Source: Macrostomum lignano (lineage: Eukaryota). Taken from it: 64,000 bases of DNA. The position numbers were made by a program, and so were the translations under genes. Within the stretch, counting starts at the first letter, position 1. Each line of letters opens with the position of its first letter. The stretch spans positions 47,953 through 111,952 of the forward strand of contig NIVC01001864.1 in the NCBI GenBank assembly GCA_002269645.1, written 5' to 3'. The notes under the pieces are model-generated. The model had not been told where the DNA came from, searched no databases, and saw nothing but the letters and a program-made list of their open reading frames with translations. Below, piece by piece: positions 24,401 to 39,100 of the stretch.

Positions 24401-25431
24401 GTCAGAAGGATTTTTACTTCAGTTAATAAATTAAAGCTTATTCGACACCCAACACTTGCGTAAGTATTTGCCAAAAAGATGGTTGAAGCGGGTCAATTTT
24501 GTTTAAAGTTACAGACGATCGTTTCGAATGTCTGTCTGAATATCTCTTGTGAAACCCTCACATTCTAAACAAGACTCAAGAGAAATTGCACTCTGAGCCT
24601 TAAAATCGCACCTTGAAATTTGGCACAAGGTGCGATTTCGCACCTTATCTCTGGCGAAAAAAAAACCCAGGGTGGGGCCAATAATATTTTGCTCAGCATC
24701 TAATAGTCCTGATAATCACATCTAGCACCATCTAGCCTAGAATCTCCCCTTAGCAAAGCCTAGAAACGCCCCTTAGCAACGCCTAAAATCGGCTCTTAGC
24801 AACACCTAGAATCGCCCTTAGCGATGCCTAGAATCGCCCCTTAGCGACGCCTAGAATCGCCTCTTAGCGACGCCTAGAATCGCCCCTTAGCAACGCCTAG
24901 AATCGCCTCTTAGCAACGCCTAGAATCGCCCCTTAGCAACGCCTAGAATTGCCTTTTACCAACGCCTAGAATCGCCCCTTAACAACGCCTATAATTACCC
25001 TTAGCAACCAATATAATCGCCCCTTAGCAACGCCTAGAAACGCCGCTTAGCAACGCCAAGAATCGTCCTTTAGCAACGCCTATAATTACCCTTAGCAATG
25101 CCTATAATTAGCCTTAGCAACGCCTATAATTAGCCTTAGTAACCCCTATAATCGCCCCTTAGCAACGCCTAGCATCGCCCCTTAGCAACGCCTAGCATCG
25201 CCCCTTAGCAACGCCTAGCATCGCCTCTCAGCAAAGATTATCAATCAGCATCAGCAGCCCAGCTTACCCCCTCAACCTCCCGCCAGACACTTCGTGATCT
25301 CCCAGTGCGGCCGGCGCCTCCAAGATCTTGACGGCATCCGGGTGACGCCTAACGAGCGCCAGGCAAGCGCGCGCGCTTTTCCTCGAATCGTGCTGGCGCC
25401 GCCTGGCCAAGGCCGGACTGAGTCGCTTTGA
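21426..25431 (+). CDS. LRMDA: LRMDA/C10orf11-like leucine-rich repeat protein; exons 21426-21802, 25287-25431; start codon not found
   Basis: LRRs (ITELDLSGNCL, LDTLVLDGNRL, LRVLWLNRNSL) and LRR cap SMMDNPAAPSYFNGASYQEYEDY|RHFVISQ...LDGIRVTPNER. Phase-2 intron 21803-25286. The C-terminus may be frameshifted. Confidence 0.75.
22087..24560. mobile_element. Foldback/long-TIR element nested in the hAT-like element
   Basis: About 460-bp near-identical inverted repeats (22484-22946 vs 24083-24541), extending to 22087-22114 vs 24533-24560. Partial tandem duplication at about 22950-23090; fragmented ORFs in the centre. Confidence 0.7.
22115..22483. mobile_element. Mutator-like MITE (369 bp) inserted in the left arm of the long inverted repeat
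   Basis: Imperfect TIRs GGGG/TCTCCCTAAAACACGCCC(C)GCACC; 9-bp TSD ATTCAGACA at 22106-22114 and 22484-22492; AT-rich core. Confidence 0.75.
24725..25230. repeat. ~22-23-bp minisatellite GCAACGCCTAGAATCGCCCCTTA
   Basis: About 21 units in the LRMDA intron, downstream of the transposon nest. Confidence 0.9.
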
Positions 25432-26378
25432 CTTTTCCCCTATAATTTACCTGTCATATAAGGTGAATATTAATGCATTATTGCGCCGCTTTTGTTTATA
25501 GGTGGCAGGCTGTGAGGTTTCTGCATAAATTGATTGTAAATTCAAATACACTCTACTTGAGCGAGGCAGGCTTGTAAGCTTTGGTTTACGATTATTTTGC
25601 TCATAATGTTTTTCTCGTGGCCATAATAAAACAAAGAGAAATATTTTTAATATCTTATTTCCTCATTAATACATTTTACATGATTGCCGATTCCCAACTA
25701 TTTTTTATGTATTCGAGTCCACTTCTGCTGTTGCAATATATTGTTATTGAATTATCGCAATATTACGAGCAGTCTATTTTAACTCTTCAACTCATTCCTG
25801 GCGATCCGACTGTTTTGTGCCTTATGTTTTTATCCGTGCCGTTTTCAATAAATCATTTTTTTGAACTACTGGTCGACTGTGTTTCGTGAATTATAAATTT
25901 GACAAAATAACTCCCGCCTTTGATGTTGTTAAATTTGACTTTGGGAACGACTGCAGCCCTGTGGATTCTTGTCTTTGGCTGTCTTCTATCTTGCACTTCC
26001 TCTTTGGTCTGTTATTCACTGTTGCCATGGAGACACTGTTGGCCACTTCCTGTGCCCTGCACTTGGCATTTGACAGCCCTGTGGTGGCCTGGATCGTTGG
26101 AAATTCGATCGCTCAGCTTCCTTCCAATGGTCCCTCATCAAATTGGTGCAAATGAGAAAGTCAGTTCGAGCTAGCAGATGAAGAGCCAATGGCTTCTATA
26201 TTCTAGAAAGGTGCTACATTCGGAAAGGTTGTGAGAGTAGTTGAAGACAGATTGATGAAGTTTTTAAACTCCCATTCTGACAAATTCTAAAGAATTGAAT
26301 GTAAAATGTTGCTTATTTGCGACCTTCTGCGTTAGTATCGTTGTCTCTGGCAGTTCGTCAATTTTTCAAATTGACTGG

Positions 26379-26735
26379 GTGATACCGCCTTCTGCATGTA
26401 CATCCTCTGGTGATACCGCCTTCTGCATGTACATCCTATGGTGATACCGCCTTCTGCATGTACATCCTCGGGTGATACCGCCTTCTGCATGTACATCCTC
26501 GGGTGATACCGCCTTCTGCATGTACATCCTCGGGTGATACCGCCTTCTGCATGTACATCCTCTGGTGATACCGCCTTCTGCATGTACATCCTCTGGTGAT
26601 ACCGCCTTCTGCATGTACATCCTCTGGTGATACCGCCTTCTGCATGTACATCCTCGGGTGATACCGCCTTCTGCATGTACATCCTCTGGTGATACCGCCT
26701 TCTGCATGTACATCCTCTGGTGATACCGCCTTCTA
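26379..26735. repeat. 31-bp minisatellite GGTGATACCGCCTTCTGCATGTACATCCTCT
   Basis: About 11 units, intergenic. Confidence 0.92.
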
Positions 26736-27289
26736 GATTCTGTCTTGTATAATCTTTAAGTTATGGCCATAACTACAGTATACATATATTTAGCATTCGA
26801 AGCATTTCGATCGCTTTTTAGTATCACTAGCTGATGGCTTTCATATTTGAATCTGGTGCAGCAACGCCTGTAGACCAACTGAGATGAAAAATTGCAGATA
26901 ACCGCATTGACAGCAAATATTTCAGACTGTCGCATTTCCTGTCTGTCTGTCTCTGCATTCCGGTGCTCCGAGTCCAGTAGTATTGGAGTGTTTGGTTGTG
27001 GCAGATCGAGTTTTAGCATACCTAATTGGCGCTCGTATTGGCTAGTGCTACATGTAGGTAAAGGTATTGACGCTTCCTGCCTGAAGAAAGGTCGCACGGG
27101 CCGACACTGAAGCCGCGTCTCGCTTGCACAATCTGGTTGGATAAATTTGTAAACACTTCCAGGGCCAGGCCGCCTCTCTTTCCCTTATAAAACATGGAGA
27201 ACAGCGCGGCGGCGTTGAGGCGGGAACATTGTTCAGAAGATTCCAGGCCTGTATGAAGCCAATCGAATAAACAAATTAAACCGTAAGGC

Positions 27290-29059
27290 ATGTCAAAGGT
27301 GCAACTGTTGCTGGGCCTGTTGCTGCCGATTCTGATTGTCGGCGGCTCGACTTACTCGGAGTCTCTGTCGTGCGCGTTCATCCGGGGCGACTCGATTCAG
27401 CTGTACCAGTGCGGCTCGCTAGAGCAGTTTCCAGCGGATGTCTTGCCCAGTCCGATGCTGGTTGAACAGGGCCTGCCGGAGCTCCGAGTGCCCGACACGG
27501 GCATTGTGCTGTTCAACGCTACATTGGTCAGGCCGCAGCCTTCGCCGTTGAGCATGCCAGCTGAAGTCAGGCGGTGCGGCCTGGCCGACCTGGGCAATCG
27601 GCTCAGCGGCGGCGCCAACGGCAGCGGCCTGCTGCTCAACTTCAGCGGCATGTCGCTGCGCTTCGGAGGTCACGGCGAATTCGACGGTCTGTCGCCTCCG
27701 GCTGCCACCTGGCTCGACTTGTCAAGAAATCTCATCGACATTGTGCCATCTGGAGTGCTGGACTCCCTGCCGAATCTGGTTGCGCTCGACTTGTCATGGA
27801 ACCGCATCGAACACCTGGACAAAGACACATTCTGCTCGATCGGCGGCACTCTGCGTTGGCTGGACCTTCGCGGCAACCCCATGCTGGCCACGTACGCCCT
27901 GCCGGTGCTGCACTCGCTGGAGTGGCTGGACGCCAGCCTGTCGAAGATCCTCACCGGCTCCTTCTGCCGCATGGCCAGCCTCCGCCGGGTGACGATGCAC
28001 GGCACGGTGGAACGGCTCAACTGCTTCGTGTTCGACAGCCTGCCGAATTTGACCGAGCTCAGCTTGACTTACAAGAAGGACGCAAAGAATATTTGTCAGA
28101 CAATGACGTGCGACCCGCATCCAGTGCTGGGAAGTCTGGTTCCATTCAACTTTAATCTGACCCGCGTCTATAGAGACGGTTCCGTGAATTTAATAGCAAG
28201 AAATGTTTACTTGCGCAATAGTTCTACACGTATTTTGCACAGACAGATCTACAAAGCTGTTTGCACGGATAACTACGAGCACTACCTGACCTACCACAAT
28301 AGAAGTATGCCGGCAACGCTGGGCTGTCTCAGCACTGTGGAAGAGTCACCAGCGTGTCCGAAGTCCTCGCCAGTATTCGCCTGCATGCAGCCGAAAACAC
28401 CACCGACAAGCGCTGGACCCACTACGGGAGCAGCAACTAAAAAAGCGGCAACGAACTCGAACCCTGTCACCACAGATTCTTCAACAGCTCTCGTGGAATC
28501 CGTTGAACTCGTTGAGTCGACAGCGCCTTCGACCGTCGGTGCGGTTGTAGAAGACTCGGACTCAGCAAACCACACGGGCTGGAAATCGTCCAGCTCCAAC
28601 TCTGTCGCCGCCAACAAAATCAAAGAGGCTCTCGCGCAGCAGCGGATTCGATCCATGGAGCTGGAAAACGAGATTCTTCGCCTGGAACTGGTGATAAAAG
28701 TAGTATATTCAGTAAGCGTAGTCCTGTTTGTGGTCATTCTGCTATTGGCTGGCCACATGGTGAAGGTGTGGTGTCGCCAGACTCGGCAAAGGCGGCGAAA
28801 CTTCGGTCGCGACCAGATGCTGAGCCCGGAACAGCATCCGCTTTATCAGACTGGTGCCGCGATTGCCGCGTCCAAAGCGGCTGAAACCGAAGCTGCTGTC
28901 GCCGCCACCGACGCCGCTGCCGCATCGAACTGCGACCAGGAGCTCCCGCAGCCAGGTAGCGATGCCGAGAACGACTACCTGCCGATGCGAGATCCCGTTT
29001 ACACGAAACTGCCCGACGTGTTTCCCAATCCGATCTACGGCAGAAGCAGCAAGGCTTGA
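27290..29059 (+). CDS. Single-exon LRR type I transmembrane protein (589 aa)
   Basis: Signal peptide MSKVQLLLGLLLPILIVGG, LRRs (WLDLSRNLIDIVP, LVALDLSWNRIEHL, LRWLDLRGNPM), Cys-rich cap, Ser/Thr-rich stalk, TM VVYSVSVVLFVVILLLAGHMV, tail with Tyr motifs. Uninterrupted ORF with coding-like codon usage. Confidence 0.88.
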   Translation: MSKVQLLLGLLLPILIVGGSTYSESLSCAFIRGDSIQLYQCGSLEQFPADVLPSPMLVEQGLPELRVPDTGIVLFNATLVRPQPSPLSMPAEVRRCGLADLGNRLSGGANGSGLLLNFSGMSLRFGGHGEFDGLSPPAATWLDLSRNLIDIVPSGVLDSLPNLVALDLSWNRIEHLDKDTFCSIGGTLRWLDLRGNPMLATYALPVLHSLEWLDASLSKILTGSFCRMASLRRVTMHGTVERLNCFVFDSLPNLTELSLTYKKDAKNICQTMTCDPHPVLGSLVPFNFNLTRVYRDGSVNLIARNVYLRNSSTRILHRQIYKAVCTDNYEHYLTYHNRSMPATLGCLSTVEESPACPKSSPVFACMQPKTPPTSAGPTTGAATKKAATNSNPVTTDSSTALVESVELVESTAPSTVGAVVEDSDSANHTGWKSSSSNSVAANKIKEALAQQRIRSMELENEILRLELVIKVVYSVSVVLFVVILLLAGHMVKVWCRQTRQRRRNFGRDQMLSPEQHPLYQTGAAIAASKAAETEAAVAATDAAAASNCDQELPQPGSDAENDYLPMRDPVYTKLPDVFPNPIYGRSSKA

Positions 29060-30234
29060 GTTCGCTATTCGATTAACTCAATCGGGTTTGGGTCGAACAG
29101 TCGTCACGTGACCCTAAAAGCTGGTCGTTTTGCTGTTCTTATAATATGCGCATACGATTAGTGTTTTTTGGTCTGCAAAGACGCAGTGTGCATTAAGCAG
29201 TTGCTGGAAGAAGGAGAGTCCTTCCAGTACGAGCTAAATGTACTTTGCTGCGTCTGTATTGAGCAACGATTGAGCTACCAAAACCGCGAATAAGTAGTAA
29301 CCGCGCTTGGATTGACTTGGGAAAGTCTTGGAACGTAGGATGATTCCTCATCCCACATTATTAATCTTCGATTCGCGATAAAAATTGAGGGTCTTGAGCT
29401 TGCAAAACACACTTTTTGTAAAGCATTCGTTATTCATCTTACGTATCTGCTTGTTCTCTTTCATGATTAAACATTCTCATGAGTATTTTTATGCTTGTTT
29501 TTGATAATTTTCAGTTCACCTTCTAAGATTTATTTTAGATATGCACCTGGTAGCTTTATAGTAGTGTAACATGCTCGTTTTTGCCCTACGTGTGCTTAGC
29601 TAAAAACATCATAAATGCACATATCGGTATAGCCGGCAGTCTTACACCCGCTATTATTCATTACTAGCTTACACTTTTACAAACCTTTCTCATGTAGTTC
29701 TACTTAATTAACGGCGCATTTCCTCTCCTTGTAATGCAGCATGTGGCGCATTATACGCGCGGATTTTGAGTAAAATTCTCTAGAGAGCCTGTACTATACA
29801 ATTGAGTAGGAGAGGTTGGCGGTGGGGTACAGTGTGAACGCACAGTCCTCATCGACCCCAGGAAAATCATGCCATTATACTGCGGTGTAGAGCACTAGCT
29901 GGAGGCAGAGACGCGCATAAGACCAAAGCTCCCATGGACGCAGAGCAGAGCACGGTTGGGTGGCACAAGTCGCGTCAGGTTGAGCTGGTCCGTTCTCTTC
30001 ATGGCTTCTCTGCCTGTCCCTCTGCCTCTCTTTCTCTCCCGCCCTCCCTCCCACCTCTCTCTTACTTTCTTCTCCAACCACGAAGCTTAATGCAGCTTGA
30101 AGCGCATGTGTATATATTGGGTGAAGTTCATGCCCGTTTATTTTAATTCGCATTTTTGCTACACAGCAGTAAGCATGTGCTAGCGACAGAGCCGCTTGCT
30201 TGGAGAAATCATCGCACGGAGCAAATTTTGGCCA

Positions 30235-35649
<5,415 letters not shown>

Positions 35650-36199
35650 GAGTTTCTGCCAATTCCGAGGATCTCAGGCTCAGATTGACAGCCCAACTCT
35701 TTTTTTCGTTTTTTGTGTTTCATTTAAACTTTTCTTTTAGAGAAAGTTAACTTTCCTCATTCAATTCCTTCGAACCAATTTTGCTCGCGAGTTGAGTTGA
35801 TAATTTAGTTTCGCGCGCAAAACTGTTTTGTTTATTACAGCTAAATTATTCGCACCCGGAAATCCAGCCCGGAAGAAACTTTGTTTAGTTTTGCAACAAA
35901 TCTCTCCAGAGCAAGTTTTGCAAGCTTCGCTTTCGGCACAGCTCTTTCTACGAATCTACACGGTTTTTTCTCTACCGTTTTTGCTCTACTAATAGTAGTA
36001 TGACGAAGAGGATAAAATATAATTCACTTTGAAACAACTATTAGATTTAAGTTTTTTTCGAAGATTTTTATTTGATTAACTACTGAATGTTTGACTTGTT
36101 ATAAATGTATCGTATATTAGTTCCGTTTTGGCGCCAGTTCGAATTTGAAGCGATATTGGGCAGTGATAGATCGGTGTTGAGTAGTTAGCTTTCAGGTCT

Positions 36200-39100
36200 T
36201 CATGCATGTCCCTCTCCCGGGCTCTTCTGCTCCTGCTTCTCGGCCTTCGGCTTTTGCCCATTCGGCTTCCCCAATTTGTTTCCTTTATTGTCTTTCGCGG
36301 CTGCCCGTTGTTGCCGCTTCTTGTTGGCCGACACCTTCACCAGCCGGGTCTCCATCTTCGCCAGCACCAGTCGCCTTTCCTGCTCCTCCTTCTCCCTGAG
36401 CTGCTCCCGCTGCTCCCTCATTGTCGCCAGCTCCCAGCAGGCCTCTTCCAGCTGGCGCTGGCTCCACTGCTCCAGCGCCTCCGCGTCCTCCCGCTTCGCC
36501 GCCCGACGCCGCCTCGCCTTCTCCTGGGCGATCGCCGCCCGGCGCAGCATCACCGCGGCCTCTTTCTCCGCCTCCTCCTTGGCCGCCTGTCGCTGCTTCT
36601 GCATCCCGGCTGCTATGCTGCTTCCGGCCAGCCGGCTGGCAATGATTTTGGAGCGAAGGATCCGCCACAGGCACCAGCCCACCAGCACAGGTGTGAGCAG
36701 GCAGTAGCCCATTGTGCAACTCAGCAGGCCGAAATTTCGCATGTAGCTGCTCAGACTGTCGGCGAGCACCAGCTCCAATTCGTGGGCGGAGAATTTGCCG
36801 AATTCCTCGATTGCTAGGTAGTCCAGTCGGCTGTAGCCAGTGACCTCACGGTGCGTTACGTTGCCGCGGTACCGGCTGCAGGCTGCGGGCGGCACGGCTG
36901 CTGTTCGAGTCCTTGGAGCCCACGCCCAAGCCTCGTCGGAGCCCCACTCCTGAAACTTGGGAGCCCCCTCCCCCACTCCCGGCCCTTGAAGCACCCTCCC
37001 CCACTCCCGGCCCATAGAGCCCCTTCCCCTACTCCCGACCCTTGGAGCCTCCTCCCATACTCCCGACCCTTGGAGCCTCCTCCCCCACTCCCGGCCCATA
37101 GAGCCCCTTCCCCTACTCCCGACCCTTGGAGCCTCCTCCCATACTCCCGACCCTTGGAGCCTCCTCCCCCACTCCCGGCCCTTGGAGCCTTCTCCCCACT
37201 CCCGGCCCTTGGAGCACCCTCCCCCACTCCCGGCCCATAGAGCCCCTTCCCCTACTCCCGACCCTTGGAGCCTCCTCCCATACTCCCGACCCTTGGAGCC
37301 TCCTCCCCCACTCCCGGCCCTTGGAGCCTTCTCTCCACTCCCGGCCCTTGGAGCCCTCTCCCCACTCCCGGCCCTTGGAGCCTTCTCCCCACTCCCGGCC
37401 CTTGGAGCCTTCTCCCCACTCCCGGCCCTTGGAGCCTTCTCCCCACTCCCGGCCCTTGGAGCCTTCTCCCCACTCCCGGCCCTTGGAGCCTTCTCCCCAC
37501 TCCCGGCCCTTGGAGCCTTCTCCCCACTCCCGGCCCTTGGAGCCTTCTCCCCACTCCCGGCCCTTGGAGCCTTCTCTCCACTCCCGGCCCTTGGAGCCCT
37601 CTCCCCACTCCCGGCCCTTGGAACCCCCTCCCCACTCCCGGCCCTTGGAACCCCCTCGTCAACCCCCGGCCCTTGGAAACCCCTCCCCACTCCCGGCCCT
37701 TGGAACCCCCTGTCCCACTCCCGGGCCATAGGGCCCCTCCCCCACTTCTTGGAGCCCTCCGTCTCCTGACCCTTGGAGCCCCTCCCCACTCCCGGCCCAT
37801 AGAGCCCCCTGTCCTACTCGCGGGCCATAAGGCCCCCTCCCCCTCCTGACCCTTGGAGCCCCCTCCCCCTCCTAACCCTTGGAGCCCCCTCCCCTCCTGA
37901 CCCTTGGAGCCCCCTCCCCCTCCTAACCCTTGGAGCCCCCTCCCCCTCCTGACCCTTGGAGCCCCCTCCCCCTCCTGACCCTTGGAGCCCCTCCCCCTCC
38001 TGACCCTTGGAGCCCCCTCCCCCTCCTGACCCTTGGAGCCCCCTCCCCTCCTGACCCTTGGAGCCCCCTCCCCCTCCTAACCCTTGGAGCCCCCTCCCCC
38101 TCCTGACCCTTGGAGCCCCCTCCCCCTCCTGACCCTTGGAGCCCCCTCCCCTCCTAACCCTTGGAGCCCCCTCCCCCTCCTGACCCTTGGAGCCCCCTCC
38201 CCTCCTGACCCTTGGAGCCCCTCCCCCTCCTGACCCTTGGAGCCCCCTCCCCCTCCTGACCCTTGGAGCCCCTCCCCCTCCTAACCCTTGGAGCCCCCTC
38301 TCCCTCCTGACCCTTGGAGCCCCCTCCCCACTTCCGGCTCGTGGAACCCCCCACTCCCGGCCCTTGAAGTACCCTCCCCCACTCCCGGCCCTTGGAGTAC
38401 CCTCCCCCACTCCCGGCCCTTGGAGTACCCTCCCCCACTCCCGGCCCTTGGAGTACCCTCCCCCACTCCCGGCCCTTGGAGTACCCTCCCCCACTCCCGG
38501 CCCTTGAAGTACCCTCCCCCACTCCCGGCCCTTGGAGTACCCTCCCCACTCCCGGCCCTTGAAGTACCCTCTCCCACTCCCGGCCCTTGGAGTACCCTCC
38601 CCACTCCCGGCCCTTGGAGTACCCTCCCCCACTCCCGGCCCTTGGAGTACCCTCCCCACTCCCGGCCCTTGGAGTACCCTCCCCACTCCCGGCCCTTGGA
38701 GTACCCTCCCCCACTCCCGGCCCTTGGAGTACCCTCCCCCACTCCCGGCCCTTGGAGTACCCTCCCCACTCCCGGCCCTTGGAGTACCCTCCCCACTCCC
38801 GGCCCTTGGAGTACCCTCCCCCACTCCCGGCCCTTGAAGTACCCTCCCCCACTCCCGGCCCTTGGAGTACCCTCCCCCACTCCCGGCCCTTGGAGTACCC
38901 TCCCCCACTCCCGGCCCTTGGAGTACCCTCCCCCACTCCCGGCCCTTGGAGTACCCTCCCCACTCCCGGCCCTTGAAGTACCCTCCCCCCACTCCCGGCC
39001 CTTGGAGTACCCTCCCCCACTCCCGGCCCTTGGAGTACCCTCCCCCACTCCCGGCCCTTGGAGTACCCTCCCCCACTCCCGGCCCTTGGAGTACCCTCCC

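Larger units (their letters stand above)
21810..24670. mobile_element. hAT-like non-autonomous element in the LRMDA intron
   Basis: Ends CAGGGTTTTTTTTT..GCGCAGAG and CTCTGGCGAAAAAAAAACCCAG; 8-bp TSD GGTGGGGC at 21802-21809 and 24671-24678; subterminal GCACC/GGTGCG motifs. Confidence 0.75.

Noticed and set aside
25880-26340. Possible degenerate transposase-like coding fragment on the - strand
   Set aside because: Multiple stops, no recognisable motif and no TIR or TSD found.
27397-28925. Antisense and alternate-frame ORFs over GC-rich exons (also over the zinc-finger, BLZF1, AIMP1 and SOS exons)
   Set aside because: Expected shadows of GC-rich coding sequence with no independent domain signal.
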